DNA of 64,000 bases from an uncultured Chroococcidiopsis sp. (GTDB lineage: Bacteria > Cyanobacteriota > Cyanobacteriia > Cyanobacteriales > Chroococcidiopsidaceae): the NCBI GenBank assembly GCA_964248365.1, contig CAXTYC010000004.1, positions 64,001-128,000 on the forward strand, written 5' to 3'. A program made the position numbers and the translations under genes. The notes beneath the pieces were generated by a model that saw only the letters and a program-made list of their open reading frames with translations, had not been told where the DNA came from and did not search any database. Shown in pieces: positions 30,503 to 41,779 of the stretch (positions are counted from its first letter, which is position 1; each line of letters starts with the position of its first letter).

Positions 30503-30532
30503 TTGACTTAAAAGGATAATATATGGTAAATT
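30503..30532 (+). promoter_or_regulatory. Putative sigma70 promoter pointing into the structured element
   Basis: TTGACT + 18 nt + TAAATT with extended TG. Confidence 0.45.
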
Positions 30533-30595
30533 TTCAAGCCCTATCTTGAATCAGCCCCCTCAGAGGAGTCAACCCTTGGGAGAAACCTGATCGAT

Positions 30596-30756
30596 AATTG
30601 GGCAACCTTGGGGAAAAGGAGCGGTATCCTCTGTCATTAATGGAAATTATTGATAATAAACCGCTCCTTTTCCCCCACATAGCAGGTGGGCGATGTCCTC
30701 AAAACCCAGGTAGAGAGAAAGCTTCGCCGTGAGACGGGCCGAACGGTTGCCCAATT
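30596..30756. ncRNA. Retron msr-msd-like structured RNA (orphan; no RT in window)
   Basis: Perfect 12-bp terminal inverted repeat AATTGGGCAACC/GGTTGCCCAATT enclosing a perfect 16-bp stem (30610-30625/30660-30675) and several small hairpins. Confidence 0.6.
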
Positions 30757-30822
30757 TTCTATAACTTTGATGAAACCCCCTCAGCCCCTCAGCCCTACTC
30801 CCTACTCGTCCCATTACTCCAC

Positions 30823-31554
30823 TTACAAAGCTTGGATTTCATCAAGAGAAGCGATCGCTACATCTGCTGTGTGTAAATGCGCCGCTTGGGGTTTACCCCA
30901 GCAGATGCCAATACAACCCGCCGCCTTTGCGTTACGTGCCATTTCTATATCTCCGGCGGAATCTCCTACCATCAAGGTAGCACTTGGTTCGACTCCTAAA
31001 GTTTGGCAAGCTTGCAAAAATAAAGCCGGATCTGGTTTACTAGGTCCTGAGTCTACCCCCATTTGCAGTTCAACGTAATCTTGTAGCCTATGGCGTTGGA
31101 CAAAGGCACGAACTCGTAATGTGGAAGCAGCTGAAAGAATTCCTAATTTTAGTCCAGCTTCAGATAGGTACTTTAGTACCTCCAAACTACCAACAAACAA
31201 AGGTGAAGGCGCTGTGCCAATCGAAGAGTCAGCTTCTTCAAAAGCACGACGAGCGATCGCACAGGATTCTAACCATCCCCTACCAGTTTCGGCAATATAA
31301 GCAGCCGCAGCTATTTCTGTTTCTCGCCGACTCCCTACCGCTAATAAACCTGTTGGATCGAGGCGATCGCCGTCTATGCCAAATGCCATTAATAGCGGTT
31401 CGCCAATACCTGGAATTTGGGCATCTATCAGGCGGGATCGCTTTTGTCCCAAAGAACGTAAATATGCTTCTGAATCTTCCAATGTACCATCTTTGTCAAA
31501 CACGATTGCCTGAATATTGGCAAATCTAACGCCTTTACATTGAATTGTTACCAA
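30823..31554 (-). CDS. HAD family hydrolase
   Basis: FDKDGT, KPDP, MVGDSAGD. Confidence 0.93.
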   Translation of the reverse strand: MVTIQCKGVRFANIQAIVFDKDGTLEDSEAYLRSLGQKRSRLIDAQIPGIGEPLLMAFGIDGDRLDPTGLLAVGSRRETEIAAAAYIAETGRGWLESCAIARRAFEEADSSIGTAPSPLFVGSLEVLKYLSEAGLKLGILSAASTLRVRAFVQRHRLQDYVELQMGVDSGPSKPDPALFLQACQTLGVEPSATLMVGDSAGDIEMARNAKAAGCIGICWGKPQAAHLHTADVAIASLDEIQAL

Positions 31555-31616
31555 GGATCGATCCCCTTACAATGCGTGGATTTTAGATTTTAGATTTTGG
31601 ATTTATAGACTGGCAT

Positions 31617-31641
31617 AAAAAAAGAGGGATAACCCTCTTTT
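31617..31641 (-). terminator. Terminator downstream of rps1
   Basis: AAAAGAGGG-ATAA-CCCTCTTTT hairpin with an A run that reads as a U-tract on the minus strand. Confidence 0.7.
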
Positions 31642-31681
31642 ACAAACGCAGCTATTTGAATCTTCTGTCCATTGGACGCAC

Positions 31682-32710
31682 TTACTCAACTGCTGCTGGT
31701 AAATCTTCTTCGTCTGCTGCTGGTATTTCTTCGTCAATTGCTGGCGGTATTTCTTCCTCAGATACTGCCTCAGACTCGTCAGACGAGGCAGCAGCTAGGT
31801 CAATACCTTGCTGTTTAGCTAGCAACTGTTCGCGGTACTTGGCAGCCATTTCCTCGGCTTTGTCATAGACCAAATCACGGTTTTTGATCATGTCTCCTGG
31901 TTCTGGTTCTAGCTGCTTGGTGGAGAGGGAAATCCGACCCCGTTCAGCATCTAAATCAATGATCATCACCTTGACTTCATCATTGACATTGAACACACTA
32001 TGAGGCGTGTCAATATGGTCGTGAGAAATTTCCGAAATGTGCAGCAGACCGCTTACGCCACCAATGTCGATAAACGCACCGTAGGGCTTAATCCCGCGTA
32101 CAGTACCAATTACGACTTCACCAACTTCTAGTCTGTTCATCTTGCGCTCAACTAATGCGCGGCGGTGTGACAGAACTAGGCGGTTGCGGTCTTCATCTAC
32201 TTCTAGAAATTTTAATGGCAGTTCTTCGTTTACCAATTCTTCTTTTGGTTTGCGAGTGCTGATGTGAGAGCCTGGAATAAAACCACGCAAACCTTCAATC
32301 CTGACTAATGCTCCACCGCGATTAGTGGCAAAAACAAGCGATCGCACTGTAGCGTCTTCGGTTTGTAATTGGCGCACTCGCTCCCATGCCCGCATATATT
32401 CAATGCGGCGAATTGAAAGTGTTAGTTGTCCATCTTCATTTTCATCAGTCAGGATGAAAAATTCTCGTGTCTCGTTGGACTGCAATACTTCTTCTGGGGC
32501 ATCTACCCGGTTAATTGACATTTCCTGAATCGGAATGTAAGCCGCCGTTTTTGCACCGATGTCAATCAGAGCGCCCCTTGGCTCTATACTGAATACCGTA
32601 CCTGCTACGATATCACCGGGGCTGAAGTGATAGTCGTACTTATCGAGTAGAGCAGCGAAATCGTCGTGAGTAAAACCAATTTCTGTAGTACTTAATTTCT
32701 GATTGACCAT
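31682..32710 (-). CDS. rps1: 30S ribosomal protein S1 (cyanobacterial)
   Basis: IGFTHDDFAALLDKYDYHF, three S1 domains; start placed at MVNQK. Confidence 0.97.
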   Translation of the reverse strand: MVNQKLSTTEIGFTHDDFAALLDKYDYHFSPGDIVAGTVFSIEPRGALIDIGAKTAAYIPIQEMSINRVDAPEEVLQSNETREFFILTDENEDGQLTLSIRRIEYMRAWERVRQLQTEDATVRSLVFATNRGGALVRIEGLRGFIPGSHISTRKPKEELVNEELPLKFLEVDEDRNRLVLSHRRALVERKMNRLEVGEVVIGTVRGIKPYGAFIDIGGVSGLLHISEISHDHIDTPHSVFNVNDEVKVMIIDLDAERGRISLSTKQLEPEPGDMIKNRDLVYDKAEEMAAKYREQLLAKQQGIDLAAASSDESEAVSEEEIPPAIDEEIPAADEEDLPAAVE

Positions 32711-32933
32711 GCTGGTTGTTTCCTGGGAATATTTTCCGAAGGTTTTTCCTCCTATCGATGTATATGCAAGCCGACTATAGGCAATATACACCTACATCTC
32801 TAATTCAATCCTAGCGTAGCAGAACTGAATCTAAACGTTATTAGAGTACAGAACCATCATTATACCTGAGTGTTAGGAATGCGTGAACTTATAATTTTTT
32901 AATTAAATTTAAATTAGATTTAAATTAGATTGT

Positions 32934-33470
32934 TCAGGGCAAAGGTGGTTTAATCAAAGCGGATTCGGATGAAGGCGAAAGCGAGTGCAAGTCTTCTACG
33001 TGGGTGCTTCTGGTTTCAATAGAGCCTGAAAGATCATCTAAAGCATCGACAAAATCTCGAATTCTTTTAAATTGACGATATACAGAAGCAAAACGCACGT
33101 AAGCAACTTCACTAAGCGCTCTTAAATGCTGGAGTACTAGTTCGCCAATTTCCAGGCTACTGACTTCTCGGCTGGTTCGCTGTTGCAGTTCGGATTCAAT
33201 TTCATCTACTATTGCTTCCATTCGCCCTGCTGGAATTCCAGTTTTCTGGCAAGCTTGGACGATTCCCCGCAATATTTTTGTTCGATCAAACGATTCCCGT
33301 TCTCCATTGTGCTTAAGTACTGTAATTGGCACAAACTCAATGCGTTCGTAAGTAGTGAAGCGGCGTTGGCAGCTTAGACATTCCCGCCGTCGTCGGATAC
33401 TTTGTCCGGCTTCGGTTGAGCGTGATTCGAGTACTCGGTTATCTGGATGCAGGCAGAAAGGACATTGCAT
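32934..33470 (-). CDS. nrdR: Transcriptional repressor NrdR
   Basis: MQCPFC...[10 protein letters not shown]...RFTTYE, ATP cone, [10 protein letters not shown]. Confidence 0.98.
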   Translation of the reverse strand: MQCPFCLHPDNRVLESRSTEAGQSIRRRRECLSCQRRFTTYERIEFVPITVLKHNGERESFDRTKILRGIVQACQKTGIPAGRMEAIVDEIESELQQRTSREVSSLEIGELVLQHLRALSEVAYVRFASVYRQFKRIRDFVDALDDLSGSIETRSTHVEDLHSLSPSSESALIKPPLP

Positions 33471-33749
33471 AAGCAGGGGCGCTCTTGCTAGGGGCTAGGG
33501 GCTAGGAGAAAGCTGGGGAGATGGGGAGAGTGGGAGAGTGGGAGAGGGGGAGAATTATCAATTTCGAATGCGCGAATTTCCGAGTCCCTTTCCCTTTTCC
33601 CTTTTACCTTTTCCCTTCATACTTCATCCTTTACACTTCATCCTTCAGACTTTATAAATATGCAAATATCCGCTGCTACCTGTATAGGTAACAGCGGTTT
33701 CAAGATTGACTTCTTTGCCTAGTAACTTTGATTGTAAAGTAGCACTAAA

Positions 33750-33848
33750 CTACTTCTTTTCAATCCGAGGCGGTTCGCGGAAAGCGATCGCAAAGAAAAG
33801 GGTTCCAATGGCTAGGGCAAGAATCAAGATGTAAGCTGCGGCTTCCAT
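33750..33848 (-). CDS. psbT: Photosystem II reaction centre protein T
   Basis: Hand translation [32 protein letters not shown]; directly downstream of psbB. Confidence 0.96.
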   Translation of the reverse strand: MEAAAYILILALAIGTLFFAIAFREPPRIEKK

Positions 33849-33984
33849 ATCACAATTTCCTAATTCGATGCGTTCATACTGTTAGTCTATCAACCGAAAG
33901 AAAAGAACGGTTTAACAAACTGCCTCAGTGGTTGATACCGAAGCACTTATTTAACCGTTCTTAACCCTTAGTAACAAAGCTTAA

Positions 33985-35511
33985 TTAAGCTTCCTTGCGA
34001 CGAGTTGACTTGTCGCCCACTTTCTGGAACAGTCCCCACTCGACCTGCTCTTCGAGATCCGCTTCAACACCAGCAAACACATCTCGGAAGAGGGTGCGTG
34101 AGCCATGCCAAAGATGACCAAAGAAGAACAATAAGGCAAATGTGGCGTGTCCGAAGGTAAACCAACCTCTGGGACTGGTGCGGAACACACCGTCAGAGTT
34201 TAAAGTTTCTCGGTCAAAATTGAAGATTTCACCCAGTTGGGCGCGACGAGCATATTTCTTCACCGTAGCTGGAGCGTCAAATGTCTGACCATCCAGCTCA
34301 CCACCGTAGAAACTGGCGGTGATACCAGCTTGCTCAAAGCTATACTTAGATTCTGCCCGACGGAAGGGGATATCCGCCCGCACAACGCCATCTTTGTCAG
34401 TTAAGACTACAGGGAAGGTTTCAAAGAAGTTGGGCAAACGACGCACACTTAGCTCTCTACCTTCACCATCTTTAAATACGGCGTGACCTAGCCATGTTTG
34501 GGCAATACCATCACCTTTATCCATTGGACCTACGCGGAACAAACCACCTTTGGCAGGGTTGTTGCCCACATAGTCGTAGAAAGCGAGTTTTTCTGGAATC
34601 TCTGACCAAGCATCAGATAGACTTGCACCTTCTGCCACGCTTGCCCCAACACGCCGCTCCATTTCCTGTTGGAAATAGTTCTGATCCCACTGGTAACGAG
34701 TAGGACCAAACAGTTCAATTGGGGTAGTGGCGTGACCGTACCACATCGTACCAGCAACAACGAAGGCAGCAAAGAAGACTGCTGCAATACTGCTAGAAAG
34801 TACGGTTTCAATATTCCCCATCCGCAAGGCTTTATAGAGCCGTTCGGGCGGTCGAACTGTCAGGTGGAATAAACCTGCAATGATTCCGACGACTCCGGCG
34901 GCAATATGGTGCGCAACGACACCACCTGGGTTAAAGGGGTTAAAGCCCGCAGGTCCCCACTCCGGCGCTACTGGTTGGACGTGTCCAGTTAAGCCATAAG
35001 GATCAGAAACCCACATCCCAGGACCAAATAGCCCTGTTAGATGAAAAGCACCGAAGCCAAAGCAGAGTAGACCAGACAAGAATAAATGGATACCAAACAT
35101 TTTTGGCAAGTCTAAGGCAGGCTCACCAGTACGAGGATCTTGGAATAGTTCCAAATCCCAATATACCCAGTGCCAAACCGAAGCTAGGAACAACAGCCCA
35201 GAAAGGACAATATGAGCAGCGGCAACGCCTTCAAAAGACCATACACCAGGATCGGTTGCAGCACCACCCGTAACAGTCCAACCACCCCAAGATTGTGTAA
35301 CACCCAAGCGCGCCATGAAGGGCAGCACGAACATTCCTTGCCGCCACATGGGGTTAAGAACCGGATCGCTGGGGTCAAAAATCGCCAGTTCGTACAAAGC
35401 CATCGAACCAGCCCAGCCAGCCACCAATGCAGTATGCATCAGGTGTACAGAAATCAGCCGCCCTGGATCATTCAGGACGACTGTGTGTACTCTATACCAA
35501 GGTAGTCCCAT
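33985..35511 (-). CDS. psbB: Photosystem II CP47
   Basis: [19 protein letters not shown]..., 508 aa. Confidence 0.99.
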   Translation of the reverse strand: MGLPWYRVHTVVLNDPGRLISVHLMHTALVAGWAGSMALYELAIFDPSDPVLNPMWRQGMFVLPFMARLGVTQSWGGWTVTGGAATDPGVWSFEGVAAAHIVLSGLLFLASVWHWVYWDLELFQDPRTGEPALDLPKMFGIHLFLSGLLCFGFGAFHLTGLFGPGMWVSDPYGLTGHVQPVAPEWGPAGFNPFNPGGVVAHHIAAGVVGIIAGLFHLTVRPPERLYKALRMGNIETVLSSSIAAVFFAAFVVAGTMWYGHATTPIELFGPTRYQWDQNYFQQEMERRVGASVAEGASLSDAWSEIPEKLAFYDYVGNNPAKGGLFRVGPMDKGDGIAQTWLGHAVFKDGEGRELSVRRLPNFFETFPVVLTDKDGVVRADIPFRRAESKYSFEQAGITASFYGGELDGQTFDAPATVKKYARRAQLGEIFNFDRETLNSDGVFRTSPRGWFTFGHATFALLFFFGHLWHGSRTLFRDVFAGVEADLEEQVEWGLFQKVGDKSTRRKEA

Positions 35512-35881
35512 CGACTACGCTCCTCCTCGATCAGTTTTGTCTACAAGCAATTTTTCAGCTTTTGTTATTGCCATATGCTGACCATCTCTACAGGTGTCTC
35601 TTTATGAGTCAAACAGTGTTGATGGTTTAACATTGGTGATCAATACAAAAATGAGAATTATTAAAAAAGTGTAACTATTGCTCGTACTGAATGCAAGATA
35701 ATTGAGTAAGTAGTGAGTAGTGAGGAGACAGGAGACAGGAGACAGAAGTCAGAAGTCAGAAAACAGAATAGTTAATTCCTCAGCTCCCCTTTGCTCCCTT
35801 TTGCTCCCCTTTGCTCCCCTTTGCTCCCCTTTGCTCCCCCTCTTCCTCTAGCCCCTAGCCCCTAGTCCCTAGCCCCTCATT

Positions 35882-36217
35882 TTACTGCACCACTAACTGG
35901 ATATTTGTGAGTCGGCAGATTGCTTCTGCTGCCCCTAGCCTCTCGATTACTTGCTCAGCATCAATCAGCCTTTTGAGTACAACTTGCCCGATCGCGCCAC
36001 CAGATGTATTGTCAGAAGGGAGATCCAGGGTTCTAACTTCTACTGTTAATACTGTATCTTCTACCCGATACAGCCACAATTTTTCATGGGTTGACTCTAG
36101 GCAAATGTTTAGGCGCTCAATATCTGGACTGCGTCGCCAAGCTGTTTCACTCCACAGTCCATCAGATGCCCAAACTCTGCCAATTGTCCATCCTTCAGTC
36201 AGAAAGAAATATTTCAC
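35882..36217 (-). CDS. Conserved cyanobacterial hypothetical protein
   Basis: MKYFFLTEGWTIGRVW...GQVVLKRL. Confidence 0.75.
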   Translation of the reverse strand: MKYFFLTEGWTIGRVWASDGLWSETAWRRSPDIERLNICLESTHEKLWLYRVEDTVLTVEVRTLDLPSDNTSGGAIGQVVLKRLIDAEQVIERLGAAEAICRLTNIQLVVQ

Positions 36218-36443
36218 ATTCTTCGGACTCTCGATTTGACATTTGCTCTATTCAGCCTACCGTGAACAGTTCAGGAGGGGATTTATTTAAAAATAATAAA
36301 TATTGTTAATAAATATTACGAATACCCAGGCGAGGTAGCCATGTCTGATGATAAATTGTCGATCTTAATGGCTGATATATTATTTTCCTATTAGGTGAAT
36401 GCCTTAACTGTTCTGCTATTGGCGATTTTTGGGAATGTGTTAT

Positions 36444-37058
36444 CTAGGGTAAGCGATCGCCATTACCAATAGCATTTTCTTCTATTGACACATCTTCATA
36501 TAAATCTACAATTGGGCAACGAAAGTTAATACTAGCCAGGTGAACTTCGCCTTGGGTGTAAGGGTATAACACCCAAAGCCCCTCGCAATTGCGACGGAAG
36601 CACTCAACACTCAAGCTTTCTGGATTAATCAGCACATATTCCTGTAAAGTTTCTAATCGTCGGTAATCAGCAAACTTGTTACCTCGGTCGAAAGCTTCGG
36701 TTGTAGGTGATAGTACTTCAACGATGAGACAAGGATAGCGCTTGAAGTAGCTAGAATTTATATCTCGTTCGTCACACGTTACCATCACATCTGGGTAATA
36801 AAAGACGTTGGCTGACTCAATTTGAGCTTTCATATCCGCCATGTAAACGCGGCAGCCAGTACCCCGAACATGGTTTCTTAGTAGTGTTCCCAAATTCAGG
36901 GCAATAGTGACATGGGCATCGCTTGCCCCTGCCATAGCGTACACTTGTCCTTGAATATATTCGTGCTTGACAGGGCTGTCTTTTTCTGCTGCTAGATATT
37001 CTTCTGGGGAGAGATAAGTATAGTTTTGGCTAATAGTCATGGGTTGCTCCTTTGCCAT
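36444..37058 (-). CDS. Uma2 family endonuclease
   Basis: KHEYIQG, YYPDVMV, LIVEVLSPTT, LQEYVLI. Confidence 0.95.
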   Translation of the reverse strand: MAKEQPMTISQNYTYLSPEEYLAAEKDSPVKHEYIQGQVYAMAGASDAHVTIALNLGTLLRNHVRGTGCRVYMADMKAQIESANVFYYPDVMVTCDERDINSSYFKRYPCLIVEVLSPTTEAFDRGNKFADYRRLETLQEYVLINPESLSVECFRRNCEGLWVLYPYTQGEVHLASINFRCPIVDLYEDVSIEENAIGNGDRLP

Positions 37059-37167
37059 GTTCTGATCGTAGGCGATCGCACGTGGCGTTATTGTCAGATA
37101 ATAGTTAGGTAATTTTTGGTTGAAATAATAAATAATTAAATATTCCTGTAGGGGTAAATAAGATAAA

Positions 37168-37629
37168 ATGCTAATTAATCCTGAAGAAATACCAGAAAAA
37201 ACGAGTTCTAATTATCCTGAACAATTTAAACCATTGGTAGCAGGACGCTTTAAGAAACGCTTGGGTGATGTTGCTGGAATCAAAAATTTTGGAGTTAATT
37301 TAACAAAAATTTCCCCTGGAAGTTGCTCAGCATTGAGACATTGGCACAGCCAGCAAGATGAATTTATTTATGTTTTATCAGGTGAACTAATTTTAGTTAC
37401 TAATGATGGTGAACAAACTTTAACAGCAGGAATGGCAGCAGGCTTTCCGGCAGGGGTTGCCGATGGGCATCATCTAATTAATCGCTCTAATTCAGACGCT
37501 GTATATTTAGAAATTGGTGATAGAACACCCGCAGATCAAGTTAATTATCCTGATAACGATTTAGTAGCGAAATATAGTCCTAATGGTTGGATTTTTACTC
37601 ATCAAGATGGTAGTTTGTATACAATCTAA
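37168..37629 (+). CDS. Cupin domain protein
   Basis: SALRHWHSQQDEFIYVLSGE...GHHLIN. Confidence 0.92.
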   Translation: MLINPEEIPEKTSSNYPEQFKPLVAGRFKKRLGDVAGIKNFGVNLTKISPGSCSALRHWHSQQDEFIYVLSGELILVTNDGEQTLTAGMAAGFPAGVADGHHLINRSNSDAVYLEIGDRTPADQVNYPDNDLVAKYSPNGWIFTHQDGSLYTI

Positions 37630-37645
37630 TTGAGCTTAGCAGTCA

Positions 37646-37861
37646 TTACCAATTCAAGCCCATTTTATTTGCCAATTCCTCCACTGAGATACTGCGATCG
37701 CCTGCTTCTATTTGCTTGAGTGACTGACTTAATCGCTGCTTAATTTCTTGTTGAGGTTCTTTACCCCAATCAGGATCATTGAGCAATTCTTGCAATGTTT
37801 CTGAAACGGTATCCCGAATCAAGGCTTTAAGTTCATCTGTTGTCATATCCTTAATTTGCAT
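37646..37861 (-). CDS. Small antitoxin-like hypothetical protein
   Basis: MQIKDMTTDELKALI...DPDWG...SISVEELANKMGL resembles small cyanobacterial antitoxins. Confidence 0.55.
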   Translation of the reverse strand: MQIKDMTTDELKALIRDTVSETLQELLNDPDWGKEPQQEIKQRLSQSLKQIEAGDRSISVEELANKMGLNW

Positions 37862-37955
37862 CTCAATCTCCTAGCTATGCACACTTCTCAAATTTAGTTT
37901 AGCCTATACAAGTAACAAGAAACTAAGTCATCTGCTGTATATACTAATGATTTCT

Positions 37956-39089
37956 CTATAAATGTTTCTTTTCATAATCACTTTTGCAATCTAAATGAAA
38001 CTTATAGTTATTAAAATAACCACCTATTACATATTTTGCTGTGATAGGCTGATGGCAATGCTCGCATACTAGCTCATGTTTTTTATTAGAGTCAGTTGCT
38101 ACGGATTTTTCGGATTTTTTATTAGGAGTTGTTTGGTATTTACTGACTGAATGTTCTAAGTGTAATAAACGTTTTTGGAAATCATGCAACAGTAAGTTAT
38201 TGCTTTTTTCTTCTAAAGTCTTAAATTTTTCTTCAACCCGAACTACAAAAGCCTGAAACTCTGTATCTATGAATGTATATAAAAAATCAGTTTCGCTGCT
38301 AATTTTTTCAATATCAAGGGCTTCCAGCGATTTTAGCTGACTTTGTATTTCTGTATGCGCTAGTGAAAGTTCTTGCGTTTTGCTGTTTACGCTTTGAACC
38401 TGCTGACTTATAAATTGAATTTCTCCTAAAAGGCATTTGTATAATTGGGTAGATTCTGTAGAGTCTAGTTGTAGCTTATTAACTAGCTCCTGTATCTGAA
38501 GCAATTGGTGCTGTAAGTCAGATATTGGTAAGTTATTAAACTGCTGCTCTAACTTTCGGATTTTTCCTTCAATACTAACCAGATTTTCCTGTAACTCTGT
38601 ATGCAGGTGCGCTGGGTTATGAAGTTGTAGAAGATTCTCTAAAACACAGATTCGCTGTTGTACATCAGCAACGCTGCGATCATTATTGATTTGCTGTAGC
38701 TCTAAATATGTATTACTTTGTTGTTGATTTAAAGTGTATAACTGCTCTGCAAAAGCAGAGTTATAAGCTTCTAGACGGTTTTCTATATCTGCTAGTTCAG
38801 TGCGAGTAGGCAACGAGTATAGAACTTTACTAATAAACTCTTGCTTGTCTGCAAACTTTTGCTCTAACTGAATAATACTAGCTTTGTGCTGACGTTCAAC
38901 TTCGTCTAATCGTTTTCGGTTAGATGAATTAAGGCTGATAGCTAAAGATAAGGGAATTGAAGTGATGGCAGCAAATGCAACTTGTTGAAAGATAATAGCA
39001 GCAATCGAGCTACCAATCGAACTAGCTACTAATAAAACTTCTGTTTTAGCAAACAAATTACGATTTGTATTATTTGACAATTTAACCAT
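37956..39089 (-). CDS. Membrane-anchored coiled-coil protein with C-terminal CCHC zinc finger
   Basis: Two N-terminal hydrophobic helices, long Q/L/E-rich coiled coil, C-x2-C-x19-H-x2-C. Confidence 0.75.
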   Translation of the reverse strand: MVKLSNNTNRNLFAKTEVLLVASSIGSSIAAIIFQQVAFAAITSIPLSLAISLNSSNRKRLDEVERQHKASIIQLEQKFADKQEFISKVLYSLPTRTELADIENRLEAYNSAFAEQLYTLNQQQSNTYLELQQINNDRSVADVQQRICVLENLLQLHNPAHLHTELQENLVSIEGKIRKLEQQFNNLPISDLQHQLLQIQELVNKLQLDSTESTQLYKCLLGEIQFISQQVQSVNSKTQELSLAHTEIQSQLKSLEALDIEKISSETDFLYTFIDTEFQAFVVRVEEKFKTLEEKSNNLLLHDFQKRLLHLEHSVSKYQTTPNKKSEKSVATDSNKKHELVCEHCHQPITAKYVIGGYFNNYKFHLDCKSDYEKKHL

Positions 39090-39295
39090 TTTTCTATAAT
39101 TTTTAACTTAGGGATTTTAATATCTAAGCTAAGATATAGAGATTTATAGTTACTTCAGTAAAATTGCTGTAACGTATAGTATTAAGTTAAGAATTTATTC
39201 TGGCTTTAAGAACAGAATGATTTTATGTATTTTTAGTAAAGTAAAAACGCTAAAATTGAATCTGAGTCCTTGCTGCTTTTAGTTGAAGCCCGACC

Positions 39296-41218
39296 ATGCG
39301 ATCGCACACCTCCATCGAATTCCAAGACACCTTTGATGTCATCATCGTAGGCGCAGGACACTCCGGCTGTGAAGCTGCCCTAGCCGCAGCACGGCTGGGT
39401 AGTCGTACCCTGCTATTAACGCTCAACCTCGACAAAATCGCTTGGCAACCGTGTAACCCAGCGGTGGGAGGTCCTGCTAAATCTCAGCTAACCCATGAAG
39501 TGGATGCCTTGGGCGGGGAAATTGGCAAAATGGCTGATCGCACCTACCTGCAAAAGCGGATACTCAATTCGTCTAGAGGTCCTGCTGTATGGGCATTACG
39601 GGCGCAGACAGATAAGCGAGAATACGCAGCGGTGATGAAAGGTATTGTCGAGAACCAAGAGAACTTGACAATTCGTGAAAGTATGGTAGTAGATTTGGTG
39701 TTGGGTGCAAACGATGAAGTAGTAGGGGTAGAAACTTACTTTGGTGTCGCCTTTGCCTGCAAAGCCCTTGTGCTGACGACGGGGACATTCCTCGGTGGAA
39801 GAATTTGGGTTGGTAATAAGTCAATGCCAGCAGGACGAGCGGGAGAATTTGCTGCTGAAGGTTTGACAGACACGCTGAATCAACTGGGTTTTGAAACGGG
39901 GCGGCTAAAGACAGGAACTCCAGCACGAGTTGATAAGCGATCGCTCGACTATAGCAAGTTGGAACCGCAACCAGGAGATCAAGAGGTGCGTTGGTTCAGC
40001 TTTGATCCAGATGTGTGGGTAGAAAGAGAGCAGATGCCTTGCTATCTCACTCGTACTACGACCCAAACTCACAGAATTATTCGGGAAAATCTACACCTGT
40101 CGCCAGTTTACGGCGGCTGGGTGGATGCGAAGGGACCGCGTTATTGTCCCAGTATTGAAGATAAAATAGTGCGCTTTGCCGAGAAGGAAAGCCATCAGAT
40201 ATTTATTGAACCAGAAGGGCGGGATATTCCCGAACTGTATATCCAAGGATTTTCGACAGGTTTACCAGAAGCAATTCAGCTTGCTATGCTGCGAAGTCTC
40301 CCTGGTTTGGAAAACTGCTTTATGCTACGTCCGGCTTATGCGGTTGAATATGACTACATACCAGCAACGCAGTGCTACCCTACCTTGATGACTAAAAAGG
40401 TGGAGGGTTTATTCTGTGCTGGGCAAATAAACGGTACTACTGGCTATGAGGAAGCAGCAGCCCAAGGGTTTGTAGCGGGGATTAATGCGGCTCGGTTTGC
40501 GCGAAATCAAGAAATGATTGTATTCCCGCGTGAGCATAGCTACATTGGCACACTAATTGATGATTTGTGTACAAAAGACTTGCGCGAACCCTACCGGATG
40601 CTGACAAGTCGCTCTGAGTATCGGCTACTGCTACGTTCGGATAATGCCGATCAGCGTTTGACACCCTTGGGACGGGAAATGGGTTTAATTGACGATCGCC
40701 GCTGGGAACTATTTACCCGCAAACAGGCAAATATTGCAGCAGAAAAAGAACGACTGCACACCACGCGGGTGAAAGAACTTGAGCCACTGGGAATTGCGAT
40801 CGCATCTGATACCAAACAAGCTATCAAAGGCTCAATTACCCTAGCTGATTTGCTGCGTCGTCCTGGTTTCCACTATGTTGATCTGGAGCGCTACAAACTA
40901 AGTAACCCAAATCTCAACACAGCTGAAAAAGAAGGCGCTGAAATTGATATTAAGTATTCTGGCTATCTCCAAAGACAGCAGAATCAAATCGATCAGATAG
41001 CTCGGATGGCACATCGCCAGTTACCAGCAGATCTAGATTATGCTGCGATTGAAACCCTTTCCAAGGAAGCAAGGGAAAAACTGGCTAAGGTGAAACCGTT
41101 AACGGTTGGACAAGCGGCGCGAATTGGTGGCGTAAATCCAGCTGATGTTAATGCTTTGCTGGTGTATTTGGAAGTGCGATCGCGTACTGCAACTACACAA
41201 TCAGCAGTTTTAGCATAA
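39296..41218 (+). CDS. mnmG: tRNA uridine-5-carboxymethylaminomethyl(34) synthesis enzyme
   Basis: [47 protein letters not shown]. Confidence 0.99.
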   Translation: MRSHTSIEFQDTFDVIIVGAGHSGCEAALAAARLGSRTLLLTLNLDKIAWQPCNPAVGGPAKSQLTHEVDALGGEIGKMADRTYLQKRILNSSRGPAVWALRAQTDKREYAAVMKGIVENQENLTIRESMVVDLVLGANDEVVGVETYFGVAFACKALVLTTGTFLGGRIWVGNKSMPAGRAGEFAAEGLTDTLNQLGFETGRLKTGTPARVDKRSLDYSKLEPQPGDQEVRWFSFDPDVWVEREQMPCYLTRTTTQTHRIIRENLHLSPVYGGWVDAKGPRYCPSIEDKIVRFAEKESHQIFIEPEGRDIPELYIQGFSTGLPEAIQLAMLRSLPGLENCFMLRPAYAVEYDYIPATQCYPTLMTKKVEGLFCAGQINGTTGYEEAAAQGFVAGINAARFARNQEMIVFPREHSYIGTLIDDLCTKDLREPYRMLTSRSEYRLLLRSDNADQRLTPLGREMGLIDDRRWELFTRKQANIAAEKERLHTTRVKELEPLGIAIASDTKQAIKGSITLADLLRRPGFHYVDLERYKLSNPNLNTAEKEGAEIDIKYSGYLQRQQNQIDQIARMAHRQLPADLDYAAIETLSKEAREKLAKVKPLTVGQAARIGGVNPADVNALLVYLEVRSRTATTQSAVLA

Positions 41219-41329
41219 ACTCAAAAGCCTTGCTCATATCAAGACATACAAGCTGATATTCGGGAATTAATTCTGGAGAATCAGGGAATTTTACCCAATC
41301 TCGAATCGCGCTCCCTTTGACATAAATCT

Positions 41330-41779
41330 ATGACGAATCTCTACGAAACTGACTTTTACGCCTGGACACAACAACAGGCAAAACTCCTTAAAATCAAAGC
41401 TTGGGATGAGCTAGACGCTGCCAACTTGATTGAGGAAATAGAATCGTTGGGGAGAAAGGAACGACAAGAACTGAGAAACCGATTAGGGATTTTGATAGGA
41501 CATTTACTCAAGTGGCAGTATCAGCCACAATACCGTAGTAATAGTTGGTTGGCAACTATTAGGGAGCAGCGCCGAGAAATCCAAATCCTGCTGATTGAAA
41601 ATCCCAGCTTGCAATCTTACCAGGTGGAAGCGATTGAATTAGCATACCAATCTGGAATAGACCTGGCGGTTAGAGAAACTAATTTGCCTTATGAAGCCTT
41701 CCCACCTACCTGCATATATATGTTGGAGCAGGTTTTGAATGGGGAGTTTTTACCAGGAAGGGATGGCGATCGCGCGTGA
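41330..41779 (+). CDS. DUF29 family protein
   Basis: LYETDFYAW...NLIEEIESLG...HLLKWQYQ. Confidence 0.93.
   Translation: MTNLYETDFYAWTQQQAKLLKIKAWDELDAANLIEEIESLGRKERQELRNRLGILIGHLLKWQYQPQYRSNSWLATIREQRREIQILLIENPSLQSYQVEAIELAYQSGIDLAVRETNLPYEAFPPTCIYMLEQVLNGEFLPGRDGDRA

Noticed and set aside
30540..30770. SAM riboswitch upstream of metK (contains GGCAACC)
   Set aside because: Other SAM-I core elements are not in the expected order, it lies ~400 bp from metK beyond an STRR tract, and GGCAACC is part of a terminal inverted repeat.
30686..31078. 130-aa ORF starting inside the retron-like element as a possible RT or effector
   Set aside because: No RT motifs (no YADD); it crosses STRR repeats and runs antisense to the HAD gene.
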